Shown piece after piece: positions 26,801-43,100 of a DNA stretch of 64,000 nucleotides (positions within the stretch are counted from its first letter, which is position 1; every line of letters begins with the position of its first letter). Origin of the DNA: the human T2T-CHM13v2.0 reference genome, Homo sapiens. A program made the translations under genes and the position numbers. The DNA is taken from NCBI RefSeq assembly GCF_009914755.1, contig NC_060925.1; one strand, given 5' to 3'. The notes below the pieces were generated by a model. That model was not told where the DNA came from and made no database searches. It was given only the letters and a program-made list of their open reading frames with translations.

Positions 26801-29800
26801 CCAGTGTGATCATCATCGAATGGACCCGAATGGAATCATCATCCAACGGAAGCTAATGGAATCAACATCGAATGAATCGAATGGAAACACCATCGAATTG
26901 AAACGAATGGAATTAAAATGAAATTGAAATGGATGGACTCATCATCGAATGGATTCGAATGGAATCATCGAATAAAATTGATTGAAATCATAATCGAATG
27001 GAATCGAATGGTATCATTGAATGGAATCGAATGGAATCATCATCAGATGGAAATGAATGGAATCGTCATAGAATGGAATCGAATGGATTCATTGAATGGA
27101 ATCAGATGGAATCATCGAATGGACTGGAATGGAATCATTGAATGGACTCGAAAGGGATCATTATTGAATGGAATTGAATGGAATCATCGAATGGTCTCGA
27201 TTGGAATCATTATCAAATGGAATCGAATGGATTCACCGAATAGAATCGAATGGAACAATCATCGAATGGACTCAAATGGAATTATCCTCCAATGGAATCG
27301 AATGGAATTATCGAATGCAATCGAATGGAATTATCGAATGCAATCGAATAGAATCATCGAATGGACTCGAATGGAATCATCGAATGGAATGGAATGGAAC
27401 AGTCAATGAACTCGAATGGAATCATCATTGAATGGAATCGAATGGAATCATCGAGTGGAATCGAATGGAATTATGATCAAATGGAATCGACTGTAATCAT
27501 CATCAAATGGAATCAAAAATAACCATCATCAACTGGTATTGAATGGAATTCTCATCAAATGGAATTCAAAGGAATCATCATCAAATGGAACTGAATGGAA
27601 TCCTCATTGAATGGAAATGAAAGGGGTCATCATCTAATGGAATCGCATGGAATCATCATCAAATGGAATCGAATGGAATCATCATCAAATGGAATCTGAT
27701 GGAATCATTGAACAGAATTGAATGGAATCGTCATCGAATGAATTGAATGCAATCATCGAATGGTCTCGAATGTAATCACATTCTAATGGAAAGGAATGGA
27801 ATCATCGCATAGAATCGAATGGAATTAACATTGAATGGACTCGAATGGAATCAACATCAAACGGAATCAAGCGGAATTATCGAATGGAATCGAAGAGAAT
27901 CATCGAATGGACTCGAATGGAATCATCTAATGGAATGGAATGGAATAATCCACGGACTCGAATGCAATCATCATCGTATAGAATCGAATGGAATCATCGA
28001 ATGGACTCGAATGGAATAACCATTGAACGGAATCGAATGGAATCATCATCGGATGGAAACGAATGGAATCATCATCGAATGGAAATGAAAGGAGTCATCA
28101 TCTAATGGAATTGCATGGAATCATCATAAAATGGAATCGAATGGAATCATCATCAAATGGAATCAAATGGAAGCATTGAACGGAATTGAATGGAATCGTC
28201 ATCGAATGAATTGAATGCAACCATCGAATGATCTCGAATGGAATCATCTTCAAATGGAATGGAATGGAATCATCGCATAGAATCGAATGGAATTATCATC
28301 GAATGGAATCGAATGGTATCAACATCAAACGGAAAAAAACGGTATAATCGAATGGAATCAAAGAGAATCTTCGAATGGACCCGAATGGAATCATCTAATG
28401 GAATGGAATGGAATAATCCATGGACACGAATGCAATCATCATCGAATGGAATCGAATGGAATCATCGAATGGACTCGAATGGAATAATCATTGAACGGAA
28501 TCGAATGGAATCATCATCGGATGGAAATGAAAGGAGTCATCATCTAATGGAATTGCATGGAATCATCATAAAATGGAATCGAATGGAATCATCATCAAAT
28601 GGAATCAAATGGAATCATTGAACGGAATTGAATGGAATCGTCATCGAATGAATTGAATGCAATCATCGAATGGTCTCGAATGGAATCATCTTCAAATGGA
28701 ATGGAATGGAATCATCGCATAGAATCGAATGGAATTATCATCGAATGGAATCGAATGGAATCAACATCAAACGGAAAAAAACGGAATTATCGAATGGAAT
28801 CGAAGAGAATCATCGAATGGACCCGAATGGAATCATCTAATGGAATGGAATGGAATAATCCATGGACTCGAATGCAATCATCATCGAATGGAATCGAATG
28901 GAATCATCGAATGGACTCGAATGGAATAATCATTGAACGGAATCGAATGGAATCATCATTGGATGGAAACGAATGGAATCATCATCGAATGGAAATGAAA
29001 GGAGTCATCATCTAATGGAATTGCATGGAATCATCATAAAATGGAATCGAATGGAATCAACATCAAATGGAATCAAATGGAATCATTGAACGGAATTGAA
29101 TGGAATCGTCATCGAATGAATTGAATGCAATCATCGAATGGTCTCGAATGGAATCATCTTCAAATGGAATGGAATGGAATCATCGCATAGAATCGAATGG
29201 AATTATCATCGAATGGATTCGAATGGTATCAACATCAATCGGAAAAAAACGGAATTATCGAATGGAATCAAAGAGAATCTTCGAACGGACCCGAATGGAA
29301 TCATCTAATGGAATGGAATGGAATAATCCATGGACTCGAATGCAATCATCGTCGAATGGAATCGAATGGAATCATTGAAAGGACTCGTATGGAATAATCA
29401 TTGAACGGAATCGAATGGAATCATCATCGGATGGAAATGAATGGAATCATCATCGAATGGAATCGAATAGAATTATGGAATGAAATCCAGTGTGATCATC
29501 ATCGAATGGACCCGAATGGAATCATCATCCAACGGAAGCTAATGGAATCAACATCCAATGAATCGAATGGAAACACCATCGAATTGAAACGAATGGAATT
29601 ATCATGAAATTGAAATGGATGGACTCATCATCGAATGGATTCGAATGGAATCATCGAATAAAATTGATTGAAATCATCATCCAATGGAATCGAATGGTAT
29701 CATTGAATAGAATCGAATGGAATCATCATCAGATGGAAATGAATGGAATCGTCATAGAATGGAATCGAATGGATTCATTGAATGGAATCAGATGGAATCA

Positions 29801-32800
29801 TCGAATGGACTGGAATGGAATCATTGAATGGACTCGAAAGGGATCATTATTGAATGGAATTGAATGGAATCATCGAATGGTCTCGATTGGAATCATTATC
29901 AAATGGAATCGAATGGAATCACCGAATAGAATCGAATGGAACAATCATCGAATGGACTCAAATGGAATTATCCTCAAATAGAATCGAATGGAATTATCGA
30001 AAGCAATCGAATGGAATTATCAAATGCAATCGAATAGAATCATCGAATGGACTCGAATGGAATCATCGAATGGAATGGAATGGAACAGTCAATAAACTCG
30101 AATGGAATCATCATTGAATGGAATCGAATGGAATCATCGAGTGGAATCGAATGGAATTATGATCAAATGGAATCGAATGTAATCATCATCAAATGGAATC
30201 AAAAATAACCATCATCAATTGGTATTGAATGGAATTGTCATCAAATGGAATTCAAAGGAATCATCATCAAATGGAACCGAATGGAATCCTCATTGAATGG
30301 AAATGAAAGGGGTCATCATCCAATGGAATCGCATGGAATCATCATCAAATGGAATCGAATGGAATCATCATCAAATGGAATCTAATGGAATCATTGAAAG
30401 AATTGAATGGAATCATCATCGAATGAATTGAATGCAATCATCGAATGGTCTCGAATGGAATCATCTTCTAATGGAAAGGAATGGAATCATCGCATAGAAT
30501 CGAATGGAATTATCATCGAATGGAATCGAATGGTATCAACACCAAACGGAAAAAAACGGAATTATCGAATGGAATCGAAGAGAATCTTCGAACGGACCCG
30601 AATGGAATCATCTAATGGAAAGGAATGGAATAATCCATGGACTCGAATGCAATCATCATCGAATGGAATCGAATGGAATCATCGAATGGACTCGAATGGA
30701 ATAATCCTTGAACGGAATCGAATGGAATCATCATCGGATGGAAACGAATGGAATCATCATCGAATGGAAATGAAAGGAGTCATCATCTAATGGAATTGCA
30801 TGGAATCATCATCAAATGGAATCGAATGGAATCAACATCAAATGGAATCAAATGGAATCATTGAACGGAATTGAATGGAATCATCATCGAATGAATTGAA
30901 TGCAATCATCGAATGGTCTCGAATGGAATCATCTTCAAATGGAATGGAATGGAATCATCGCATAGAATCGAATGGAATTATCATCGAATGGAATCGAATG
31001 GAATCAACATCAAACGGAAAAAAACGTAATTATCGAATGGAATCGAAGAGAATCATCGAATGGACCCGAATGGAATCATCTAATGGAAAGGAATGGAATA
31101 ATCCATGGACTCGAATGCAATCATCATCGAATGGAATCGAATGGAATCATCGAATGGACTCGAATGGAATAATCATTGAACGGAATCGAATGGAATCATC
31201 ATCGGATGGAAATGAATGGAATCATCATCGAATGGAATCGAATAGAATTATGGAATGAAATCCAGTGTGATCATCATCGAATGGACCCGAATGGAATCAT
31301 CATCCAACGGAAGCTAATGGAATCAACATCGAATGAATCAAATGGAAACACCATCGAATTGAAACGAATGGAATTACCATGAAATTGAAATGGATGGACT
31401 CATCCTCAAATGGATTCGAATGGAATCATCGAATAAAATTGATTGAAATCATCATCGAATGGAATCGAATGGTATCATTGAATGGAATCGAATGGAATCA
31501 TCATCAGATGGAAATGAAAGGAATCGTCATAGAATGGAATCGAATGGATTCATTGAATGGAATCAGATGGAATCATCGAATGGACTGGAATGGAATCATT
31601 GAATGGACTCGAAAGGGATCATTATTGAATGGAATTGAATGGAATCATCGAATGGTCTCGATTGGAATCATTATCAAATGGAATCGAATGGAATCACCAA
31701 ATAGAATCGAATGGAATAATCATCGAATGGACTCAAATGGAATTATCCTCAAATGGAATTGAATGGAATTATCGAATGCAATCGAATGGAATTATCGAAT
31801 GCAATCGAATAGAATCATCGAATGGACTCGAATGGAATCATCGAATGGAATGGAATGGAACAGTCAATGAACTCGAATGGAATCATCATTGAATGGAATC
31901 GAATGGAATCATCGAGTGGAATCGAATGTAATCATCATCAAATGGAATCAAAAATAACCATCATCAAATGGAATCAAAAATAACCATCATCAATTGGTAT
32001 TGAATGGAATTCTCATCAAATGGAATTCAAAGGAATCATCATCAAATGGAACCGAATGGAATCCTCATTGAATGGAAATGAAAGGGGTCATCATCTAATG
32101 GAATCGCATGGAATCATCATCAAATGGAATCGAATGGAATCAACATCAAATGGAATCAAATGGAATCATTGAACAGAATTGAATGGAATCGTCATCGAAT
32201 GAATTGAATGCAATCATCGAATGGTCTCGAATGGAATCATCTTCAAATGGAATGGAATGGAATCATCGCATAGAATCGAATGGAATTTTCATCGAATGGA
32301 ATCGAATGGAATCAACATCAAACGGAAAAAAACGGAATTATCGAATGGAATCGAAGAGAATCACCGAATGGACCCGAATGGAATCATCTAATGGAATGGA
32401 ATGGAATAATCCATGGACTCGAATGCAATCATCATCGAATGGAATCGAATGGAATCATCGAATGGACTCGAATGGAATAATCATTGAACGGAATCGAATG
32501 GAATCATCATCGGATGGAAATGAATGGAATCATCATCGAATGGAATCGAATAGAATTATGGAATGAAATCCAGTGTGATCATCATCGAATGGACCCGAAT
32601 GGAATCATCATCCAACGGAAGCTAATGGAATCAACATCGAATGAATCAAATGGAAACACCATCGAATTGAAACGAATGGAATTACCATGAAATTGAAATG
32701 GATGGACTCATCCTCAAATGGATTCGAGTGGAATCATCGAATAAAATTGATTGAAATCATCATCGAATGGAATCGAATGGTATCATTGAATGGAATCGAA

Positions 32801-35758
32801 TGGAATCATCATCAGATGGAAATGAAAGGAATCGTCATAGAATGGAATCGAATGGATTCATTGAATGGAATCAGATGGAATCATTGAATGGACTGGAATG
32901 GAATCATTGAATGGACTCGAAAGGGATCATTATTGAATGGAATTGAATGGAATCATCGAATGGTCTCGATTGGAATCATTATCAAATGGAATCGAATGGA
33001 ATCACCGAATACAATCGAATGGAACAATCATCGAATGGACTCAAATGGAATTATCCTCTAATGGAATTGAATGGAATTATCGAATGCAATCGAATGGAAT
33101 TATCGAATGCAATCGAATAGAATCATCGAATGGACTCGAATGGAATCATCGAATGGAATGGAATGGAACAGTCAATGAACTCGAATGGAATCATCATTGA
33201 ATGGAATCGAATGGAATCATCGAGTGGAATCGAATGTAATCATCATCAAATGGAATCAAAAATAACCATCATCAAATGGAATCAAAAATAACCATCATCA
33301 ATTGGTATTGAATGGAATTCTCATCAAATGGAATTCAAAGGAATCATCATCAAATGGAACCGAATGGAATCCTCATTGAATGGAAATGAAAGGGGTCATC
33401 ATCTAATGGAATCGCAAGGAATCATCATAAAATGGAATCGAATGGAATCAACATCAAATGGAATCAAATGGAATCATTGAACGGAATTGAATGGAATCGT
33501 CATCGAATGAATTGAAAGCAATCATCGAATGGTCTCGAATGGAATCATCTTCAAATGGAATGGAATGGAATCATCGCATAGAATCGAAAGGAATTATCAT
33601 CGAATGGAATCGAATGGAATCAACACCAAACGGAAAAAAACGGAATTATCGAATGGAATCGAAGAGAATCATCGAATGGACCCGAATGGAATCATCTAAT
33701 GGAATGGAATGGAATAATCCATGGACTCGAATGCAATCATCATCGAATGGAATCGAATGGAATCATCCAATGGACTCGAATGGAATAATCATTGAACGGA
33801 ATCGAATGGAATCATCATCGGATGGAAATGAATGGAATCATCATCGAATGGAATCGAATAGAATTATGGAATGAAATCCAGTGTGATCATCATCGAATGG
33901 ACCCGAATGGAATCATCATCCAACGGATGCTAATGGAATCAACATCGAATGAATTAAATGGAAACACCATCGAATTGAAACGAATGGAATTACCATGAAA
34001 TTGAAATGGATGGACTCATCATCGAATGGATTCGAAAGGAATCATCGAATAAAATTGATTGAAATCATCATCGAATGGAATCGAATGGTATCATTGAATG
34101 GAATCGAATGGAATCATCATCAGATGGAAATGAATGGAATCGTCATAGAATGGAATCGAATGGATTCATTGAATGGAATCAGATGGAATCATCGAATGGA
34201 CTGGAATGGAATCATTGAATGGACTCGAAAGAGATCATGATTGAATGGAATTGAATAGAATCATCGAATGGTCTCGATTGGAATCATTATCAAATGGAAT
34301 CGAATGGAATCACCGAATAGAATCGAATGGAACAATCATCGAATGGACTCAAATGGAATTATCCTCCAATGGAATCGAATGGAATTATCGAATGCAATCG
34401 AATGGAATTATCGAATGCAATCGAATAGAATCATCGAATGGACTCGAATGGAATCATCGAATGGAATGGAATGGAACAGTCAATGAACTCGAATGGAATC
34501 ATCATTGAATGGAATCATCGAGTGGAATCGAAAGGAATTATGATCAAATGGAATCGAACGTAATCATCATCAAATGGAATCAAAAATAACCATCATCAAT
34601 TGGTATTGAATGGAATTGTCATCAAATGGAATTCAAAGGAATCATCATCAAATGGAACCGAATGGAATCCTCATTGAATGGAAATGAAAGGGGTCATCAT
34701 CTAATGGAATCGCATGGAATCATCATCAAATGGAATCGAATGGAATCATCATCAAATGGAATCTAATGGAATCATTGAAAAGAATTGAAGGGAGTCGTCA
34801 TCGAATGAATTGAATGCAATCATCGAATGGTCTCGAATGGAATCATCTTCTAATGGAAAGGACTGGAATCATCGCATAGAATCGAATGGAATTATCATCG
34901 AATGGAATCGAATGGTATCAACACCAAACGGAAAAAAACGGAATTATCGAATGGAATCGAAGAGAATCTTCGAACGGACCCGAATGGAATCATCTAATGG
35001 AATGGAATGGAATAATCCATGGACTCGAATGCAATCATCATCGAATGGAATCGAATGGAATCATCGAATGGACTCGAATGGAATAATCATTGAACGGAAT
35101 CGAATGGAATCATCATCGGATGGAAACGAATGGAATCATCATCGAATGGAAATGTAAGGAGTCATCATCTAATGGAATTGCATGGAATCATCATAAAATG
35201 GAATCGAATGGAATCAACATCAAATGGAATCAAATGGAATCATTGAACGGAATTGAATGGAATCGTCATCGAATGAATTGAATGCAATCATCGAATGGTC
35301 TCGAATGGAATCATCTTCAAATGGAATGGAATGGAATCATCGCATAGAATCGAATGGAATTATCATCGAATGGAATCGAATGGAATCAACATCAAACAGA
35401 AAAAAACGGAATTATCGAATGGAATCGAAGAGAATCATCGAATGGACCCGAATGGAATCATCTAATAGAATGGAATGGAATAATCCATGGACTCGAATGC
35501 AATCATCATCGAATGGAATCGAATGGAATCATCGAATGGACTCGAATGGAATAATCATTGAACGGAATCGAATGGAATCATCATCGGATGGAAATGAATG
35601 GAATCATCATCGAATGGAATCGAATAGAATTATGGAATGAAATCCAGTGTGATCATCATCGAATGGACCCGAATGGAATCATCATCCAACGGAAGCTAAT
35701 GGAATCAACATCGAATGAATCGAATGGAAACACCATCGAATTGAAACGAATGGAATTA
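17895..35758 (+). repeat. Recent tandem duplication, period 8,843 bp (5 units: 2686+1775+1308+1308+1766), ~2 copies
   Basis: ORF starts pair at +8843 throughout (18075/26918, 19002/27845, 20761/29604, 23340/32183, 25152/33995, 26414/35257) with shared private variants. Mismatches flank the block at 17890/17894 and 35759-35760. Confidence 0.93.
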
Positions 35759-37168
35759 TCATGAAATTGAAATGGATGGACTCATCATCGAATGGATTCG
35801 AATGGAATCATCGAATAAAATTGATTGAAATCATCATCGAATGGTATCGAATGGTATCATTGAATGGAATCGAATGGAATCATCATCAGATGGAAATGAA
35901 TGGAATCGTCATAGAATGGAATCGAATGGATTCATTGAATGGAATCAGATGGAATCATCGAATGGACTGGAATGGAATCATTGAATGGACTCGAAAGGGA
36001 TCATTATTGAATGGAATTGAATGGAATCATTGAATGGTCTCGATTGGAATCATTATCAAATGGAATCGAATGGAATCACCGAATAGAATCGAATGGAACA
36101 ATCATCGAATGGACTCAAATGGAATTATCCTCAAATGGAATCGAATGGAATTATCGAATGCAATCGAATGGAATTATCGAATGCAATCGAATAGAATCAT
36201 CGAATGGACTCGAATGGAATCATCGAATGGAATGGAATGGAACAGTCAATGAACTCGAATGGAATCATCATTGAATGGAATCGAATGGAATCATCGAGTG
36301 GAATCGAATGGAATTATGATCAAATGGAATCGAATGTAATCATCATCAAATGGAATCAAAAATAACCATCATCAATTGGTATTGAATTTAATTCTCATCA
36401 AATGGAATTCAAAGGAATCATCATCAAATGGAACTGAATGGAATCCTCATTGAATGGAAATGAAAGGGGTCATCATCTAATGGAATCGCATGGAATCATC
36501 ATCAAATGGAATCGAATGGAATCATCATCAAATGGAATCTGATGGAATCATTGAACAGAATTGAATGGAATCGTCATCGAATGAATTGAATGCAATCATC
36601 GAATGGTCTCGAATGTAATCACATTCTAATGGAAAGGAATGGAATCATCGCATAGAATAGAATGGAATTAATATTGAATGGACTCGAATGGAATCAACAT
36701 CAAACGGAATCAAGCGGAATTATCGAATGGAATCGAAAAGAATCATCGAATGGTCTCGAATGGAATCATCTTCTAATGGAAAGTAATGGAATCATCGCAT
36801 AGAATCGAATGGAATTAACATTGAATGGACTCGAATGGAATCAACATCAAATGGAATCAAGCGGAATTATCGAATGAAATCGAAGAGAATCATCGAATGG
36901 ACTCGAATGGAATCATCTAATGGAATGGAATGGAATAATCCACGGACTCGAATGCAATAATCATCGTTTAGAATCGAATGGAATCATCGAAAGGACTCGA
37001 ATGGAATAACCATTGAACGGAATCGAATGGAATCATCATCGGATGGAAACGAATGGAATCATCATCGAATGGAAATGAAAGGAGTCATCATCTAATGGAA
37101 TTGCATGGAATCATCATAAAATGGAATCGAATGGAATCATCATCAAATGGAATCAAATGGAATCATTC

Positions 37169-40100
37169 AACGGAATTGAATGGAATCGTCATCGAATGAA
37201 TTGAATGCAATCATCGAATGGTCTCGAATGGAATCATCTTCAAATGGAATGGAATGGAATCATCGCATAGAATCGAATGGAATTATCATCGAATGGAATC
37301 GAATGGTATCAACATCAAACGGAAAAAAACGGAATTATCGAATGGAATCGAAGAGAATCTTCGAACGGACCCGAATGGAATCATCTAATGGAATGGAATG
37401 GAATAATCCATGGACTCGAATGCAATCATCATCGAATGGAATCCAATGGAATCATTGAAAGGACTCGAATGGAATAATCATTGAACGGAATCGAATGGAA
37501 TCATCATCGGATGGAAATGAATGGAATCATCATCGAATGGAATCGAATAGAATTATGGAATGAAATCCAGTGTGATCATCATCGAATGGACCCGAATGGA
37601 ATTATCATCCAACGGAAGCTAATGGAATCAACATCGAATGAATCGAATGGAAACACCATCGAATTGAAACGAATGGAATTACCATGAAATTGAAATGGAT
37701 GGACTCATCATCGAATGGATTCGAATGGAATCATCGAATAAAATTGATTGAAATCATCATCGAATGGAATCGAATGGTATCATTGAATGGAATCGAATGG
37801 AATCATCATCAGATGGAAATGAATGGAATCGTCATAGAATGGAATCGAATGGATTCATTGAATGGAATCAGATGGAATCATCGAATGGACTGGAATGGAA
37901 TCATTGAATGGACTCGAAAGGGATCATTATTGAATGGAATTGAATGGAATCATCGAATGGTCTCGATTGGAATCATTATCAAATGGAATCGAATGGAATC
38001 ACCGAATAGAATCGAATGGAACAATCATCGAATGGACTCAAATGGAATTATCCTCAAATGGAATCGAATGGAATTATCGAATGCAATCGAATGGAATTAT
38101 CGAATGCAATCGAATAGAATCATCGAATGGACTCGAATGGAATCATCGAATGGAATGGAATGGAACAGTCAATGAACTCGAATGGAATCATCATTGAATG
38201 GAATCGAATGGAATCATCGAGTGGAATCGAATGGAATTATGATCAAATGGAATCGAATGTAATCATCATCAAATGGAATCAAAAATAACCATCATCAATT
38301 GGTATTGAATGGAATTGTCATCAAATGGAATTCAAAGGAATCATCATCAAATGGAACTGAATGGAATCCTCATTGAATGGAAATGAAAGGGGTCATCATC
38401 TAATGGAATCGCATGGAATCATCATCAAATGGAATCGAATGGAATCATCATCAAATGGAATCTAATGGAATCATTGAAAGAATTGAATGGAATCATCATC
38501 GAATGAATTGAATGCAATCATCGAATGGTCTCGAATGGAATCATCTTCTAATGGAAAGGAATGGAATCATCGCATAGAATCGAATGGAATTATCATCGAA
38601 TGGAATCGAATGGTATCAACACCAAACGGAAAAAAACGGAATTATGGAATGGAATCGAAGAGAATCTTCGAACGGACCCGAATGGAATCATCTAATGGAA
38701 TGGAATGGAATAATCCATGGACACGAATGCAATCATCATCGAATGGAATCGAATGGAATCATCGAATGGACTCGAATGGAATAATCATTGAACGGAATCG
38801 AATGGAATCATCATCGCATGGAAACGAATGGAATCATCATCGAATGGAAATGAAAGGAGTCATCATCTAATGGAATTGCATGGAATCATCATCAAATGGA
38901 ATCGAATGGAATCAACATCAAATGGAATCAAATGGAATCATTGAACGGAATTGAATGGAATCGTCATCGAATGAATTGAATGCAATCATCGAATGGTCTC
39001 GAATGGAATCATCTTCAAATGGAATGGAATGGAATCATCGCATAGAATCGAATGGAATTATCATCGAATGGAATCGAATGGAATCAACATCAAACGGAAA
39101 AAAACGGAATTATCGAATGGAATCGAAGAGAATCTTCGAACGGACCCGAATGGAATCATCTAATGGAATGGAATGGAATAATCCATGGACTCGAATGCAA
39201 TCATCATCGAATGGAATCGAATGGAATCATTGAAAGGACTCGAATGGAATAATCATTGAACGGAATCGAATGGAATCATCATCGGATGGAAATGAATGGA
39301 ATCATCATCGAATGGAATCGAATAGAATTATGGAATGAAATCCAGTGTGATCATCATCGAATAGACCCGAATGGAATAATCATCCAACGGAAGCTAATGG
39401 AATCAACATCGAATGAATCGAAAGGAAACACCATCGAATTGAAACGAATGGAATTATCATGAAATTGAAATGGATGGACTCATCATCAAATGGATTCGAA
39501 TGGAATCATCGAATAAAATTGATTGAAATCATCATCGAATGGAATCGAATGGTATCACTGAATGGAATCGAATGGAATCATCATCTGATGGAAATGAATG
39601 GAATCGTCATAGAATGGAATCGAATGGATTCATTGAATGGAATCAGATGGAATCATCGAATGGACTGGAATGGAATCATTGAATGGACTCGAAAGGGATC
39701 ATGATTGAATGGAATTGAATGGAATCATCGAATGGTCTCGATTGGAATCATTATCAAATGGAATCGAATGGAATCATCGAATAGAATCGAATGGAACAAT
39801 CATCGAATGGACTCCAATGGAATTATCCTCAAATGGAATCGAATGGAAATATCGAATGCAATCGAATGGAATTATCGAATGCAATCGAATAGAATCATCG
39901 AATGGACTCGAATGGAATCATCGAATGGAATGGAATGGAACAGTCAATGAACTCGAATGGAATCATCATTGAATGGAATCGAATGGAATCATCGAGTGGA
40001 ATCGAATGGAATTATGATCAAATGGAATCGAATGTAATCATCATCAAATGGAATCAAAAATAACCATCATCAATTGGTATTGAATGGAATTGTCATCAAA

Positions 40101-43100
40101 TGGAATTCAAAGGAATCATCATCAAATGGAACTGAATGGAATCCTCATTGAATGGAAATGAAAGGGGTCATCATCTAATGGAATCGCATGGAATCATCAT
40201 CAAATGGAATCGAATGGAATCATCATCAAATGGAATCTAATGGAATCATTGAAAGAATTGAATGGAATCATCATCGAATGAATTGAATGCAATCATCGAA
40301 TGGTCTCGAATGGAATCATCTTCTAATGGAAAGGAATGGAATCATCGCATAGAATCGAATGGAATTATCATCGAATGGAATCGAATGGTATCAACACCAA
40401 ACGGAAAAAAACGGAATTATGGAATGGAATCGAAGAGAATCTTCGAACGGACCCGAATGGAATCATCTAATGGAATGGAATGGAATAATCCATGGACACG
40501 AATGCAATCATCATCGAATGGAATCGAATGGAATCATCGAATGGACTCGAATGGAATAATCATTGAACGGAATCGAATGGAATCATCATCGCATGGAAAC
40601 GAATGGAATCATCATCGAATGGAAATGAAAGGAGTCATCATCTAATGGAATTGCATGGAATCATCATCAAATGGAATCGAATGGAATCAACATCAAATGG
40701 AATCAAATGGAATCATTGAACGGAATTGAATGGAATCGTCATCGAATGAATTGAATGCAATCATCGAATGGTCTCGAATGGAATCATCTTCAAATGGAAT
40801 GGAATGGAATCATCGCATAGAATCGAATGGAATTATCATCGAATGGAATCGAATGGTATCAACATCAAACGGAAAAAAACGGAATTATCGAATGGAATCG
40901 AAGAGAATCTTCGAACGGACCCGAATGGAATCATCTAATGGAATGGAATGGAATAATCCATGGACTCGAATGCAATCATCATCGAATGGAATCCAATGGA
41001 ATCATTGAAAGGACTCGAATGGAATAATCATTGAACGGAATCGAATGGAATCATCATCGGATGGAAATGAATGGAATCATCATCGAATGGAATCGAATAG
41101 AATTATGGAATGAAATCCAGTGTGATCATCATCGAATGGACCCGAATGGAATTATCATCCAACGGAAGCTAATGGAATCAACATCGAATGAATCGAATGG
41201 AAACACCATCGAATTGAAACGAATGGAATTACCATGAAATTGAAATGGATGGACTCATCATCGAATGGATTCGAATGGAATCATCGAATAAAATTGATTG
41301 AAATCATCATCGAATGGAATCGAATGGTATCATTGAATGGAATCGAATGGAATCATCATCAGATGGAAATGAATGGAATCGTCATAGAATGGAATCGAAT
41401 GGATTCATTGAATGGAATCAGATGGAATCATCGAATGGACTGGAATGGAATCATTGAATGGACTCGAAAGGGATCATTATTGAATGGAATTGAATGGAAT
41501 CATCGAATGGTCTCGATTGGAATCATTATCAAATGGAATCGAATGGAATCACCGAATAGAATCGAATGGAACAATCATCGAATGGACTCAAATGGAATTA
41601 TCCTCAAATGGAATCGAATGGAATTATCGAATGCAATCGAATGGAATTATCGAATGCAATCGAATAGAATCATCGAATGGACTCGAATGGAATCATCGAA
41701 TGGAATGGAATGGAACAGTCAATGAACTCGAATGGAATCATCATTGAATGGAATCGAATGGAATCATCGAGTGGAATCGAATGGAATTATGATCAAATGG
41801 AATCGAATGTAATCATCATCAAATGGAATCAAAAATAACCATCATCAATTGGTATTGAATGGAATTGTCATCAAATGGAATTCAAAGGAATCATCATCAA
41901 ATGGAACTGAATGGAATCCTCATTGAATGGAAATGAAAGGGGTCATCATCTAATGGAATCGCATGGAATCATCATCAAATGGAATCGAATGGAATCATCA
42001 TCAAATGGAATCTAATGGAATCATTGAAAGAATTGAATGGAATCATCATCGAATGAATTGAATGCAATCATCGAATGGTCTCGAATGGAATCATCTTCTA
42101 ATGGAAAGGAATGGAATCATCGCATAGAATCGAATGGAATTATCATCGAATGGAATCGAATGGTATCAACACCAAACGGAAAAAAACGGAATTATGGAAT
42201 GGAATCGAAGAGAATCTTCGAACGGACCCGAATGGAATCATCTAATGGAATGGAATGGAATAATCCATGGACACGAATGCAATCATCATCGAATGGAATC
42301 GAATGGAATCATCGAATGGACTCGAATGGAATAATCATTGAACGGAATCGAATGGAATCATCATCGCATGGAAACGAATGGAATCATCATCGAATGGAAA
42401 TGAAAGGAGTCATCATCTAATGGAATTGCATGGAATCATCATCAAATGGAATCGAATGGAATCAACATCAAATGGAATCAAATGGAATCATTGAACGGAA
42501 TTGAATGGAATCGTCATCGAATGAATTGAATGCAATCATCGAATGGTCTCGAATGGAATCATCTTCAAATGGAATGGAATGGAATCATCGCATAGAATCG
42601 AATGGAATTATCATCGAATGGAATCGAATGGAATCAACATCAAACGGAAAAAAACGGAATTATCGAATGGAATCGAAGAGAATCTTCGAACGGACCCGAA
42701 TGGAATCATCTAATGGAATGGAATGGAATAATCCATGGACTCGAATGCAATCATCATCGAATGGAATCGAATGGAATCATTGAAAGGACTCGAATGGAAT
42801 AATCATTGAACGGAATCGAATGGAATCATCATCGGATGGAAATGAATGGAATCATCATCGAATGGAATCGAATAGAATTATGGAATGAAATCCAGTGTGA
42901 TCATCATCGAATAGACCCGAATGGAATAATCATCCAACGGAAGCTAATGGAATCAACATCGAATGAATCGAAAGGAAACACCATCGAATTGAAACGAATG
43001 GAATTATCATGAAATTGAAATGGATGGACTCATCATCAAATGGATTCGAATGGAATCATCGAATAAAATTGATTGAAATCATCATCGAATGGAATCGAAT

